Shown here piece by piece: positions 38,083 to 48,473 of a DNA stretch of 64,000 nt. Position numbers and translations under genes: made by a program. The stretch is taken from sequence record OR896830.1; one strand, given 5' to 3'. Every line of letters starts with the position of its first letter. Within the stretch, counting starts at the first letter, position 1. Origin of the DNA: Escherichia phage LinBro. The notes beneath the pieces were generated by a model. The model was not told the origin of the DNA and ran no database searches. It saw only the letters and a list, made by a program, of their open reading frames with translations.

Positions 38083-38228
38083 AACACTCTAAAGCATTTG
38101 AAAAAGTTTTTGGGGATTCCTTAAAAGCCACTGCTGGAAAACCAGCAAAATACTATGAAGAAAAACGTGTAAGAACTGGAAAAACTGCACGTAAAGCAGC
38201 TTCTAAAGATAAGCACAACTTCCAGTAA
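38079..38228 (+). CDS. small basic protein (hypothetical)
   Basis: 49 aa ORF (MKHSKAFEKVFGDSLKATAGKPAKYYEEKRVRTGKTARKAASKDKHNFQ) below track cutoff; ATGA overlap with upstream stop. Confidence 0.3.
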   Translation: MKHSKAFEKVFGDSLKATAGKPAKYYEEKRVRTGKTARKAASKDKHNFQ

Positions 38229-38235
38229 TTAGTAT

Positions 38236-38264
38236 TTGACAATAGAGTATCAACAAACTAGAAT
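38236..38264 (+). promoter_or_regulatory. strong sigma70-type promoter (TTGACA-N17-TAGAAT)
   Basis: Read directly; 37 bp upstream of SSB-like gene. Confidence 0.6.
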
Positions 38265-38300
38265 TGGTACTCTTCATAAATTGAGATAGAGGTTTAAATA

Positions 38301-39158
38301 ATGTCTAAAGTTGTTAAAATGAAAGCTCCGGTAGAGAAATACAATGGTACTGAACGCCAAACTCTGCGATACCTGCTGAAAGATGTCTGGTTTTATTACC
38401 TGAACACTTCACCACGTCCGGGAAAAGGTAAGTCTATTGATAAGAAATTCCCAGGCAAAGACTGTAACTACAGCGTATCAATTCTGGCAGAAGACGGTAA
38501 CAAACTGTTTAAAGAGTTTACTAAGTCTAAGAAAAATCCAGAAGGCTGGGATAAAGTCACTACTGAAGCAGTTGATGCAGATGACTTCGAAGAGAAGTTT
38601 GGTTGTAAACCACCTTTTGAAGCAGACACTTACTACATCTTGAAAGTAAGTCGTGCAGCAGCTTATAAAGATGGTGCTGTGTGGACAGCTAAACAGTCAT
38701 TCCCTGTAATGCTGATTGAAGAAGTAAATGGTAAGCGTGTAGCTGTTAAACAGCCGATGAAGAAAATCAAAGCTCAAGCATCTGACAAACATGAAGATGA
38801 TAAGAACTATGATGTAATTCATCCAGATATTGCAGTTGGTAACGGTTCTTTTGGTAGTGTGATTCTTTCTACTCACTTCTACACTTTTGAGAACAATGTC
38901 CTGACAAAACCTATTCAGGAACAGTTTATCATTGACACTCTTGTACCTTACACTGGTGGTAACGGTACTAATGGTGAACCTGAACTGGATGAAGATGAAC
39001 TGGCTATGCTTGGTCTTGATGGTGTCGAAGATAACGGTGAAATCACTGAAGAAGACGCAACAGACCATAAATCTTCGAATGATTCTGATGATGGTGACGA
39101 TGAAGACTTGCCAGACCCAGATGACGAAGAAGATGAAGACTTCGATACAGAAGACTAA
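38301..39158 (+). CDS. single-stranded DNA-binding protein (candidate)
   Basis: 285 aa with extremely acidic C-terminal tail DDGDDEDLPDPDDEEDEDFDTED as in phage SSBs; sits between primase-helicase and exonuclease; strong promoter. Confidence 0.45.
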   Translation: MSKVVKMKAPVEKYNGTERQTLRYLLKDVWFYYLNTSPRPGKGKSIDKKFPGKDCNYSVSILAEDGNKLFKEFTKSKKNPEGWDKVTTEAVDADDFEEKFGCKPPFEADTYYILKVSRAAAYKDGAVWTAKQSFPVMLIEEVNGKRVAVKQPMKKIKAQASDKHEDDKNYDVIHPDIAVGNGSFGSVILSTHFYTFENNVLTKPIQEQFIIDTLVPYTGGNGTNGEPELDEDELAMLGLDGVEDNGEITEEDATDHKSSNDSDDGDDEDLPDPDDEEDEDFDTED

Positions 39159-39176
39159 TCTCTAAAAGTTACTTTA

Positions 39177-39205
39177 AAGCCCTGTACTTAGTATGGGGCT
39201 TTTTC
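39177..39205 (+). terminator. putative terminator
   Basis: AAGCCC / GGGCTT stem with 13-nt loop followed by TTTT. Confidence 0.4.
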
Positions 39206-39220
39206 ATATGGAGAGCCATA

Positions 39221-40261
39221 ATGGAGAAGTACACATTAACAAAGCTTCCCGATTCAGTTACACATGTCTTTATTGACTCTGACAGCATTGCCTATAAAGG
39301 TGCTTGTGTAGTTGAGAAAGCAAAGTATAAATACGTTAATAAACTCACCGCAGAAGAATCTGAGCCATTTGATAATGCAAAAGATGCTGCAAGATGGTTA
39401 GCAGACCAGAGAATCCTTGTAGAAGAGCTTGGCCTAGCATTTGATGAAGATGAATGGGAAAGACAGACTTGGAAAGAAGCTAAGAGTGAAAAAGAAGCTA
39501 TCATGGCTACTCAGCAGGTTCTTCAGGAATGGCTTAAGGTTGTTGGTAAAGAAAGAACTTGGGTAGGTTATTTAACAGAGAAGGGCGTGCATAAACATAA
39601 AGACATTAAAGGTCTTGAGCACCAATATCAAGGTAACCGTAAAGATGCTGTCACACCAACACACTTAGTTGCTTGTCGTGAATACCTTCTGTCAAGACCA
39701 GAGTTCAAACTGATTCTTGATGGATTTGAAGCCGACTCTATCGTTATTGCTAAAGCTGAAAAGATGGGTAAAAAGGCTGCCTTGATGAGTATTGATAAAG
39801 ACCTTCGCCAAGCTGAAGGGACTTACTGCATTGATATGACCTATGAGAAGTCACCTTTGATTTTCATTGCTGACAACAACGTAGGTGAAATTTGGGATTG
39901 CCCAATAAAATCAACACCAAAAGCTAAGAAGACAGTTGGTGTAGGTTTTAAATTCCTTTGTTATCAAGCTGTGGCTGGTGACAATGCTGATAATTATTTT
40001 GGTTTAAAGGGCGTTGGTAAGGCTACTGTAATGAAAGCCCTTGAAGGTAAAACCACTTACAAAGAGTGTCTTGATGCAATTTATGAGCTTTATGCTAAGA
40101 AAGAGTCATACACTTATGTCTCGTGGGATGGTCAAACAATTACCAGAACACCTTTAGAGTTAATGCAGCAACACTTTTTCTTAGCTTATCAGGAAAGAAA
40201 CAAGAAAGACGATTTCACTTTTAAGAAATATAATTGGGAGCCGTGTATGAATGAAGATTAA
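39221..40261 (+). CDS. 5'-3' exonuclease / flap endonuclease (FEN family)
   Basis: N-terminal VFIDSDSIAYK and helix-3-turn-helix-like YFGLKGVGKATVMKAL. Confidence 0.5.
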   Translation: MEKYTLTKLPDSVTHVFIDSDSIAYKGACVVEKAKYKYVNKLTAEESEPFDNAKDAARWLADQRILVEELGLAFDEDEWERQTWKEAKSEKEAIMATQQVLQEWLKVVGKERTWVGYLTEKGVHKHKDIKGLEHQYQGNRKDAVTPTHLVACREYLLSRPEFKLILDGFEADSIVIAKAEKMGKKAALMSIDKDLRQAEGTYCIDMTYEKSPLIFIADNNVGEIWDCPIKSTPKAKKTVGVGFKFLCYQAVAGDNADNYFGLKGVGKATVMKALEGKTTYKECLDAIYELYAKKESYTYVSWDGQTITRTPLELMQQHFFLAYQERNKKDDFTFKKYNWEPCMNED

Positions 40262-40748
40262 AGGATTTGGCAATTGCCCCACCTACGGTCATTGGGTATC
40301 TTTATGTGGGGAAGTTGACCCCACTAAACATTTTGGCTTTGTCTACCTAGTGTACTGCAAAAAGACTGGACAGTATTATTTGGGTAAAAAACAGCTTAAC
40401 AGTGTGACCAAAAGAAAAGTTGCTGGGAAGACTCGGAAGAAGGTAGTCACTAAGGAGAGTGATTGGATGACTTACGAGACTTCTTCTGAGTATATTAAAA
40501 AAGATATTGAGAGTTTTGGAAAAGAATTTTTTGACTTTTACATTATTCAGACCTACTACACAAAAGGTGGCCTAGTCTATGGTGAAGCAAACCTTCAACA
40601 TAAATTCGATGTAATGACAAAAAGGATTGACTCTAAGCTCAGACTCTTCTACAATGCCAATATTGCAGCAATTAAGTTTATCACTAAAGAAACTTATGAA
40701 GATGCTGAAAAAAGAATCCATAAGGTCATGAAAGCAAATTGTGCTTGA
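40251..40748 (+). CDS. GIY-YIG domain protein (candidate)
   Basis: GFVYLVYCKKTGQYYLGKK resembles the GIY...YIG motif; only 165 aa, no DNA-binding extension. Confidence 0.35.
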   Translation: MKIKGFGNCPTYGHWVSLCGEVDPTKHFGFVYLVYCKKTGQYYLGKKQLNSVTKRKVAGKTRKKVVTKESDWMTYETSSEYIKKDIESFGKEFFDFYIIQTYYTKGGLVYGEANLQHKFDVMTKRIDSKLRLFYNANIAAIKFITKETYEDAEKRIHKVMKANCA

Positions 40749-40754
40749 TAACTA

Positions 40755-41018
40755 TTGAGAGAGAATAAAATGTTTAACAAAAGTAAAGCTGTGAGTCATG
40801 TAGCAAAAGTTGACAGCAAGATTGAAGAACTTGAGCGCATTCTTGCAAATGCTAGAGAATCAATAATTAAAGAAGTTGAAGCTGTTGAATCACAAATGCA
40901 GCACCTAATGCTTAAACGCCAAGAGCTACGTGAGCATCTAGAATATATTGAAACACGAGAGCTAAAGGTTAACAGATATTTTAAGGAGTCCAAATGTTTA
41001 ACTCAAGAGAATCAGTAA
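40755..41018 (+). CDS. hypothetical coiled-coil protein
   Basis: 87 aa ORF. Confidence 0.3.
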   Translation: MRENKMFNKSKAVSHVAKVDSKIEELERILANARESIIKEVEAVESQMQHLMLKRQELREHLEYIETRELKVNRYFKESKCLTQENQ

Positions 41019-41749
41019 AAAACTGGAATCTTCGTTGTGGAAACACTCAAAAACAACCTTACAGTAATGAGTATTGGGAATCTTTGAAATCTCAATCTCT
41101 GTGTATGCTTGAAGAAGCAAAAGAGCTTGTAAAAGCAATTGAAGAGAAAGACCCCATTGAGACACTGGATGCTCAGGCAGATTTGCAATATGTTCTTGAC
41201 GGTTTGATTTACCTGTCACAACATGACCATAACGGTGCTATGAAAGCTGTTTGCCATAATAATGACCTGAAATACACAGATGACTATGAAGAGGCTTTAA
41301 AACGTCTTGCAGACATTGAAAAGCGTACTGGTCAAGAGTGTATTATCAGAATGTCAGTAGTTGATGGTAAAGAGTGGTATGTGATTGTTCGTGCAGCCGA
41401 TGGGAAGATTATGAAGCAATCAAATCTCCCTAAAGTACAGCTTGGTGAATACATTGTAGAACTTGAAAGCCAAGAACTTTTTGTGGTAGTATCTGAGACA
41501 TGCGTTATCTGCAAAGGTATTGTAGGTAGCTTAAAGGATTTGGGTGTAGATGGTTTTGTAGAAGTTAATCCAATTACCTCTAAAGCAGATAAAGACTTCT
41601 GTAAAGAGAATGGACTATGGATTGCAGATATTGTCTATTATGATGGTGAGCAGTTCCATGTAACCTCATACCCGAAACTGAATTATGATGCTAATAACCT
41701 GAAGTGCTGGTTAAAAGGGGTTGGTTATAATGGATTCACAGAACATTAA
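40994..41749 (+). CDS. MazG-like NTP pyrophosphohydrolase domain protein (candidate) with C-terminal extension
   Basis: EEAKELVKAIEEKD...ETLDAQADLQYVLDG resembles the EExxE...ExxD metal-binding pattern of all-alpha NTP-PPases. Confidence 0.3.
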   Translation: MFNSRESVKNWNLRCGNTQKQPYSNEYWESLKSQSLCMLEEAKELVKAIEEKDPIETLDAQADLQYVLDGLIYLSQHDHNGAMKAVCHNNDLKYTDDYEEALKRLADIEKRTGQECIIRMSVVDGKEWYVIVRAADGKIMKQSNLPKVQLGEYIVELESQELFVVVSETCVICKGIVGSLKDLGVDGFVEVNPITSKADKDFCKENGLWIADIVYYDGEQFHVTSYPKLNYDANNLKCWLKGVGYNGFTEH

Positions 41750-42053
41750 TAAAGAGGGTGTGGCTCAGAAGAGCCACTTCTCAAACTACAATATTTCTAT
41801 GACGGTGTTTATGAATGACCCGTTACTAGAAAAATATGGTGAGACTCCAGATACACTTCTGGACAATGAACAAGTTTTAAAAGCAGTCCTGTACAAATAT
41901 GGGATTGATATTGAGAAAGAGTATTCCTTTGAAATCTGCCAACACAGAAATACTTTCGGTAAAGTTGTGATGGCTCCGCTCTTTATGGGTGTAGAAAGGA
42001 CTGACTATGGTTGGTTGTATCTGAAAAGAAACTTGGAGAAATACCGTGTCTAA
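41721..42053 (+). CDS. hypothetical protein
   Basis: 110 aa ORF. Confidence 0.3.
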   Translation: MVIMDSQNINKEGVAQKSHFSNYNISMTVFMNDPLLEKYGETPDTLLDNEQVLKAVLYKYGIDIEKEYSFEICQHRNTFGKVVMAPLFMGVERTDYGWLYLKRNLEKYRV

Positions 42054-42381
42054 AGCAAAAAAGCTATCTTATGATGACATTATCTCAGGTGCTAAGTTAG
42101 GTGTTGATAGTATCGGACAAGATGTTAAGCACGGAGACACAGTCATGTACTGTGATGACCGAAGAGGTAGAAGTGCAATCTTGTTTGGAAGAATTGTTTG
42201 CAAGATGAGAGGTAATTACGTTGTTGCAGACATGGATGTGAACGTTACACAAAAACTTGAAACAATTATGGATGCTATCGCACCATCATGGTTCCTAAAT
42301 TGTATGCACACCTCGTCAGTCACAAAAGTAAGTGATAAGTTTTACGATATGTGGCAGAATGAGCAAATTTTCAAGATTTAA
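42046..42381 (+). CDS. hypothetical protein
   Basis: 111 aa ORF. Confidence 0.3.
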   Translation: MSKAKKLSYDDIISGAKLGVDSIGQDVKHGDTVMYCDDRRGRSAILFGRIVCKMRGNYVVADMDVNVTQKLETIMDAIAPSWFLNCMHTSSVTKVSDKFYDMWQNEQIFKI

Positions 42382-42387
42382 ACTATG

Positions 42388-42409
42388 GAGCCTCTTCGGA
42401 GGCTCTTTT
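42388..42409 (+). terminator. rho-independent terminator
   Basis: GAGCCTC-ttcg-GAGGCTC hairpin followed by TTTT. Confidence 0.65.
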
Positions 42410-42427
42410 CATCTGTAGGATTCAAAA

Positions 42428-44662
42428 ATGATTAAGACAATTAAAAAATCAAACGGTACAGTAGTAAGCTTTGACCCAGAAAGACTGAATAAGTGGGCAT
42501 CATGGGCAGATAAACGTGGGATTATCTGGTCAGAAGTCACTATGGAAGCCATGAAACGTGTTTATGAGGGTTGCACTACAAAAGAGATGCACCAAGCCAT
42601 GATTGATGTTTGTGTTGATAAACAAACTCAAGAGTACTCAGATATGGCTGGACGACTGCTTTTGGGTATTATCTACAAAGAAGCCTTTGGAGGCTTTACT
42701 AAGGTTCCTACGCTGGTTACCTTCGTTAAAAATATGGAGAGAGCAGGACTTTGGGAGAAGATGGATTATTCACAGGAAGAGCTTGAATACCTGCAAGGTT
42801 ACATCGTACACTCAAAAGATATCTCTTACGGTTATGCAGTCTTGAAACAGTTCAGAGACAAGTATGGTATCCGTGATATTAAAACGGGAAGACTTTTTGA
42901 GTCACCACAATTTATGTTTATGGGTATGGCTATGAAAGCTTTTGAGAAGCAACCAAAGCACCGTAGACTGCAAGATGTTATCAAGCTGTACACTTATCTA
43001 TCTGACCTGAAGATTAATGCTCCCACACCTTATTTAAACGGTTTAAGAGCTACTAAATCAGGTTATGCGTCATGCTGTTTGATTAAGGCGAATGATACTG
43101 CTGAATCTCTAGGTATTGCTGCAAAGGTTGCCTATGACATGACCACAAAGCAAGCTGGTATTGGGATGCTGATGGAGACTCGCACTATTGGTGATGGCAT
43201 CCGTCAAAATACTATTGAACACATGGGTAAGCTGCCTTATTATAAGCTTGTACGTTCATCTGTAGAGGCAAACAAACAGAAGAGTCGTGGTGGTTCAGCT
43301 AATAACTTCTACACTGCTCTAGACCCGCAGATTGAAGATTTACTGCGTTTGAAGCACCCTACAACGGTTCCTTCTAAACGTATTAATGAGATGGACTACT
43401 CATTCGGCACAAACGATTATTTCTGGCAGTGTGTTCAGTATGATACAGATTGGTTGCTATTCTCTTACAAAGATGCACCAAAACTCTATGACATGTTCTA
43501 CACAGCATCTGCTGATGAGTTTGCTATGGCAGTTGGTCACGCAGTACATACAGGAGTTAAGCACAGACGAGTAAAGGCTCGTGAAATTGCTAAGCTGTTT
43601 ATTCAACAGCGTTATGCTACAGGTCGTGTGTATCCATTCTTCACTAACAATGCAAACACACATACACCATTTAAAGAACCATTGAAGATGTCAAATCTTT
43701 GTATGGAAATTGTATTGCCAGTGTATGGTTTTGAGAAAGAGACAGACCTTTACAGAGACGATGCTGTGAAAGAGGATGGTGAGGTGGCTCTTTGCTTCCT
43801 AGCTAGTTTGGTTGCAGGGAGAATTTCAGAAGATGAATACGCTGACGTTGCTTATTATGCTCTTGCAATGGTTGACTCCGTTATTGACCTTATGGATTAT
43901 CCGTATCCGTCGATGCGTAACCATGTTCAGAAGCGTCGTTCTGTTGGGATTGGCCTTACAAATGTGGCTCATTACCTTGCGAAGAACTACGTGAACTACT
44001 CTTCACGAGCAGGTAAAACGAAACTTCATGAACTTGCAGAGATGCACTCTTACTATCTGCATGAAGCCTCTCTGAGACTTGCTAAAGAGCGTGGCGTTCC
44101 AGAGTACATGAAGTTCACTAAGTATCCTGAAGGCTGGGTTCCTCCAAAGACAGCTAACAAGAAGATTGATGAAAAGCATGATGCAAAACTACGATATGAT
44201 TGGGATGACTTAGCACAACGTATCAAAGAAAATGGTGGAATCCGAAACTCTGTATTAGAAGCTTACATGCCTAATGAGAGTTCTTCACTAGCAACTAATA
44301 CGACAAACGGCTTGTACCCAATTCGTGACTTTATTTTAACTAAAAAGTCTGCAACCGGTAACGTACTGTTTATTGTTCCAGATTATGAAGAACTGAAGTA
44401 TGTCTATGAAATTGCTTGGGATATTGACACCTTTGATATGATTGATTGTTATGCAATTGTTCAAAAGTTCACTGGTCAGGCTATCTCTTCAGACTTCTAT
44501 GTTGACTATGCAAAGTCTAAGAAGGTATCATTGGCTCAAGCTTTGAAGTACATGATTTATGCCAACTCGGTAGGTATGAAAACCATGTACTACCTTAACA
44601 GTCGCATTGGTGTAGGTAAATCTGCACTGCAAGATGCTTATTGCGAGGGTTGTGGTGTTTAG
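42428..44662 (+). CDS. nrdA: ribonucleotide reductase class I large subunit
   Basis: N-terminal ATP-cone-like segment; active-site motif NLCMEI; 744 aa; followed by nrdB. Confidence 0.85.
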   Translation: MIKTIKKSNGTVVSFDPERLNKWASWADKRGIIWSEVTMEAMKRVYEGCTTKEMHQAMIDVCVDKQTQEYSDMAGRLLLGIIYKEAFGGFTKVPTLVTFVKNMERAGLWEKMDYSQEELEYLQGYIVHSKDISYGYAVLKQFRDKYGIRDIKTGRLFESPQFMFMGMAMKAFEKQPKHRRLQDVIKLYTYLSDLKINAPTPYLNGLRATKSGYASCCLIKANDTAESLGIAAKVAYDMTTKQAGIGMLMETRTIGDGIRQNTIEHMGKLPYYKLVRSSVEANKQKSRGGSANNFYTALDPQIEDLLRLKHPTTVPSKRINEMDYSFGTNDYFWQCVQYDTDWLLFSYKDAPKLYDMFYTASADEFAMAVGHAVHTGVKHRRVKAREIAKLFIQQRYATGRVYPFFTNNANTHTPFKEPLKMSNLCMEIVLPVYGFEKETDLYRDDAVKEDGEVALCFLASLVAGRISEDEYADVAYYALAMVDSVIDLMDYPYPSMRNHVQKRRSVGIGLTNVAHYLAKNYVNYSSRAGKTKLHELAEMHSYYLHEASLRLAKERGVPEYMKFTKYPEGWVPPKTANKKIDEKHDAKLRYDWDDLAQRIKENGGIRNSVLEAYMPNESSSLATNTTNGLYPIRDFILTKKSATGNVLFIVPDYEELKYVYEIAWDIDTFDMIDCYAIVQKFTGQAISSDFYVDYAKSKKVSLAQALKYMIYANSVGMKTMYYLNSRIGVGKSALQDAYCEGCGV

Positions 44663-44975
44663 TTTTAATAACTATGAGGGTCGTAAAAGACCCTCTAAAA
44701 ATAACTTTGGAGAGACCATGAAAGATTTAATAGAAAAACATGAGCGGCCTATATACTTGCTCCACAAGCCTCGGAAAACGATGTACTATGTTAGTAGCAC
44801 AGATATGATGATAAAACAAAATGATGACTCATGGGTTGCTGGTATCTCTTACATCTCTACAGCAGATGGTAAAATATACGCAAGACCTTATGAGATGTTC
44901 AATGAAGAAAATTGGGAAGTTTTAGACAGAAAACAAGCCTTAGAAATGATAAAGAAAGGAGAAATCACACTATGA
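44634..44975 (+). CDS. hypothetical protein
   Basis: 113 aa ORF between nrdA and nrdB, ATGA overlap with nrdB start. Confidence 0.35.
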   Translation: MLIARVVVFSFNNYEGRKRPSKNNFGETMKDLIEKHERPIYLLHKPRKTMYYVSSTDMMIKQNDDSWVAGISYISTADGKIYARPYEMFNEENWEVLDRKQALEMIKKGEITL

Positions 44976-46045
44976 TTAACCAGCACCCAATCTTTTTAGG
45001 TGGTGAGAGAAAAACTTTTGACTCACTTAATAAACACTACCCAAAAATCTTTGAGCTTTATAAGCAACAAAAAGCACAAGACTGGTCAGAAGATGAGTTC
45101 CCTTTTGAACAATCACGTCTTGATTTTGAGAGTGTCCCAGCATCAATGTCAGGTGTAATGCTTGAGATTCTTAAGTGGCAGTGGGAAGCAGATACCCAAG
45201 TTGCTAAGAGCTTGGCATTTGCCTTCGCACCATTTATCTCTGATGACATCTATGCAACTGCAATTATGAAGCAGTCTGAGATTGAAAACCTACATGCTCT
45301 TACTTACTCAGAGATTGTAAGGCAATGTATTAAAAACCCTGAAACAATCTTAGATGAGATTAACCAGAATGTTGCTGTGCAAGACCGATTAAAAACTGTG
45401 AATCGTGTTCTTGAAGAATTACTGGATGAAGGTATAAACTATCGTCTGAATTATGTTCGTGATTCACTTCTGGACAAAGACCCTTTACACTTCCATAAAG
45501 TGATTCTGAAAGGGCTGTTTGCAGTGACTGCACTTGAAGGTATATCTTTTATGGCATCATTTGCATGTACTTTTGCACTTGATGCTCAAGATAAATTTCA
45601 GGGTATTGCTCAAGCTGTCCAGAAAATTATGCTTGATGAAATCCTTCACACTAAAATTGATATTGAAGTTTTAAAAGAAACTTTAAGAGATGATGAGTGG
45701 CAGAAAGCTTTTCAACAGATTCTTCCAGAGATTAAAGTAATCTTAGATGAAGTAGTTGAAAGCGAAGAAAAATGGTCGTATTATATCTTCTCTGAAGGAC
45801 GTGCTGTAGTTGGTTTAAATACAAAGCTTCTTCATGAGTGGGTTTACTATAATGCCGCCCCACTGTACGATATGTTTGGCATTCCCAGAGATTTTGTAGC
45901 TCCTAAAGAACCACCTTTGAAATATATGATTAAAAAGATGGAAATTGATAAAGAGCAGAATGCTAATCAGGAGCAACAGAACGGTGCGTATTTATTGAAT
46001 ACTGTTGTAGATGACTTAAATAGTGGATTTTTAGAGGTTCCTTAA
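44972..46045 (+). CDS. nrdB: ribonucleotide reductase class I small subunit
   Basis: Ferritin-like di-iron protein with E..H ligand motifs (EILHTKIDIE); start placed at ATG 44972 after RBS aaggag rather than the upstream track start 44912. Confidence 0.8.
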   Translation: MINQHPIFLGGERKTFDSLNKHYPKIFELYKQQKAQDWSEDEFPFEQSRLDFESVPASMSGVMLEILKWQWEADTQVAKSLAFAFAPFISDDIYATAIMKQSEIENLHALTYSEIVRQCIKNPETILDEINQNVAVQDRLKTVNRVLEELLDEGINYRLNYVRDSLLDKDPLHFHKVILKGLFAVTALEGISFMASFACTFALDAQDKFQGIAQAVQKIMLDEILHTKIDIEVLKETLRDDEWQKAFQQILPEIKVILDEVVESEEKWSYYIFSEGRAVVGLNTKLLHEWVYYNAAPLYDMFGIPRDFVAPKEPPLKYMIKKMEIDKEQNANQEQQNGAYLLNTVVDDLNSGFLEVP

Positions 46046-46287
46046 TGACTTATGTAATTTACTCCAAAACTGGATGCCCTCAGTGTGAGACTGCAAAGAA
46101 TTTTGCAAAAGCTCGTGGTATTGACCATGTTGTGAGAATGTTAGGGCAGGATTATGAACTATCAGACCTGATAGATATTGCACAGATGCCAGTTCGCCAG
46201 ATGCCATTCATCATGAAAACGGATGGTCAAAATCTAAAACCTGTTGGAACGCTACAGAATTTTATGACAGAGGTGAATAATGCTTAA
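46045..46287 (+). CDS. nrdH: glutaredoxin-like protein (NrdH-type redoxin)
   Basis: 80 aa with CPQC redox motif at N-terminus, coupled to nrdB. Confidence 0.65.
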   Translation: MTYVIYSKTGCPQCETAKNFAKARGIDHVVRMLGQDYELSDLIDIAQMPVRQMPFIMKTDGQNLKPVGTLQNFMTEVNNA

Positions 46288-46486
46288 ACGCATTTGGGAA
46301 GGTTTGGTTATTGATGCACCAGCCATTGTGATTGGTATGCTTGTTGTTAACCTATTTACTGATTTTGAACAAGGTTCATTGTTTGGAGCCATGTTACTAT
46401 GGGTTATCTTTGAAATATTAGAGATACAACTAGGCATCACTGAAAAACTAAGAAAACTCGTTTCAAAGTTTTCTAAAAAGATTTAA
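46280..46486 (+). CDS. small membrane protein
   Basis: 68 aa with two hydrophobic segments. Confidence 0.3.
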   Translation: MLKRIWEGLVIDAPAIVIGMLVVNLFTDFEQGSLFGAMLLWVIFEILEIQLGITEKLRKLVSKFSKKI

Positions 46487-46494
46487 AATGAAAG

Positions 46495-46515
46495 GGTCTC
46501 TTCGGAGACCTTTTT
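46495..46515 (+). terminator. rho-independent terminator
   Basis: GGTCTC-ttcg-GAGACC hairpin followed by TTTTT. Confidence 0.65.
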
Positions 46516-46534
46516 AGCATGTAAAGGGGTAATA

Positions 46535-47731
46535 ATGAACAAAGTACAGATTATTAAAAAGAATGGCTCACTTGAAGAACCCGATATCAAAAAAGTTTTA
46601 GCAGCAGTAACTAAGTCAGCTAACAGGGTTGGATATAAAGAACTTCCACCAGATGTTACCCAAGCTCTTGAGTCAGCATTTATGAGGATTCTGGTAAAGT
46701 CCACTAAGCAGAATAATTTGCTCATCTCGGTAAATGATATTCACAGTATTGTTGAGGGTGCTTTGGCAGAAGTCAATCACGAGATTTATGAGTCTTACTC
46801 AACATATAGAAATTACCGTAAAGAGGTTGCTCAAAATTGGGACGAGCTTTACCAAAAGACTAGGGATACACTCTTCTTAGGTGACCGTGAAAATGCTAAC
46901 TTTGACAGTAGTTTAATTTCTACAAAAGGCTCAATTATTCGTGGTTACTTGACTAAAGAAATCTTTAAACAGTACCATTTAACACCAGAGGAACTTGAAG
47001 CCATTGAAAAAGGGTTTATCTACATCCATGACTTAAGAGACCTAATTTTTGGTGGTATCAACTGTTGCCTGTTTGACATCGGCAAAGTACTGAAAGGTGG
47101 CTTTGAAATGTCTGGTATCGAATACTGTGAACCAAAGTCTGTGCTGTCAGCCTTACAGGTTATTGGTGATGTAGTTCTTTCAGCAACTGCACAGCAATTT
47201 GGTGGCTTTACTTTAGCAGAGATTGATAAGGTACTTGTGCCGTATGCTAAAAAATCTTTAGTGTACCACTCAGAGAAAGCTGAAGAGTACGGAATCCCTA
47301 AAGAGCAACACTATAATTACGTAATGGAGCAATTACAGAATGAGTTAACACAAGGTTTCCAATCTCTTGAAATGAAACTCAACACTGTTCCTTGCAGTCG
47401 CGGTGATTTTGCATTTACTACTCTGACATTTGGCCTGTTGGAACCAGATATGCACAATGAAGATAACCGTCTTCAGTTTATGATTGCTAATACAATCCTT
47501 AATGTAAGGATGAACGGGCAAGGGAAAAGCAAAAAACCTGTTGTTTTTCCTAAACTTGTGTATATCTATGAAGAGACAAGACATAAACTTGATGTATGCC
47601 AAGCAAGGTTGTTTGAAAAAGCTATTGAGTGTTGCTCTAAAGCGATGTATCCAGATTTCTTAAGTGTATCTGGTCATGGTGCTGTAGCAGATGCTTTTGA
47701 GCGTTCTGGTAAGGTGATTTCACCGATGGGT
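46535..47731 (+). CDS. nrdD: anaerobic ribonucleotide reductase (class III), exon 1
   Basis: N-terminal ATP-cone; exon ends ...KVISPMG with final nt U at 47731, before the in-frame stop at 47732-47734 that lies in the intron. Confidence 0.75.
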
Positions 47732-48473
47732 TAACAAGCTCTATAGCTCATCTAAAACGTGCCTAAACAGGGAAACTCTACAGATGTAGACAATCCTGTG
47801 CTAAATGATGTACGATGTAAGAAACTATACAACATAGGAGTCTTACATGCCAAACTATCACGTCACTGAAGATGGAAAAGTCTTTAGGGAAAATGGTGTA
47901 GAGCTTACGCAGTGGAAATCCAACACTGGGTATATGAAAGTGAGGTTTTACGGTAAGAAGAATCGTGACATGTATGTCCACAGGTTAGTTGCTGAGAAAT
48001 ATGTACCTAACCCGAACAATCTTCCAATTGTAAAACATAAGGACGATAACAAACTAAATAACCACGTATCTAACTTAGAATGGGGTACTCATTCTGATAA
48101 TGCTAAAGAAGGTTATGAGAATGGATGTTACAAGTTCCACAAGCGTTCATATGCCGTGAAAGCCACACACAAAGTGACAAAGGAAGTTATTGTTACTAAG
48201 TCAATACGAGAGTTATCCAATATACTTGGATACAATCGCAAGACCATCTCTTCAATATTGAAGGGTGTAAAAGAGCATAATAACTTCGAATATGAGTTTG
48301 AATACATCTAAATGCCGAACGACTAACCGTGATGAATGTAGCGGTGTAGGGTCAAGCGACTCGAAATGGTACGCTACTTAGAAATAAGTAGAAGATATAG
48401 TCTGGACTTACTGGCGACAGTAAGCAGCTTGAATAAAGCGGGGTAAGCTTAGCGAACTTACCTGAACAATAAG
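47732..48473 (+). mobile_element. group I intron interrupting nrdD (carries an HNH ORF)
   Basis: Exon 1 ends in U, intron ends in G (aag at 48471-48473); P1 helix exon GATGGGT with guide GCTCATC (47746-47752); core elements GAACGACTAA (48317-48326) and AAGATATAGTC (48391-48401); join gives ISPMG|CRAFLSP. Confidence 0.75.
47847..48311 (+). CDS. intron-encoded HNH homing endonuclease
   Basis: 154 aa; VHRLVAEKY...HKDDNKLNNHVSNLEWGTHSDN typical of the HNH_3-type family. Confidence 0.7.
   Translation: MPNYHVTEDGKVFRENGVELTQWKSNTGYMKVRFYGKKNRDMYVHRLVAEKYVPNPNNLPIVKHKDDNKLNNHVSNLEWGTHSDNAKEGYENGCYKFHKRSYAVKATHKVTKEVIVTKSIRELSNILGYNRKTISSILKGVKEHNNFEYEFEYI

Noticed and set aside
44912-44971. Upstream start (44912) for nrdB given by the ORF track
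   Set aside because: It would add a 20-aa basic extension overlapping the previous gene; the ATG at 44972 has a proper RBS (aaggag) and gives a start overlapping the upstream stop (ATGA).
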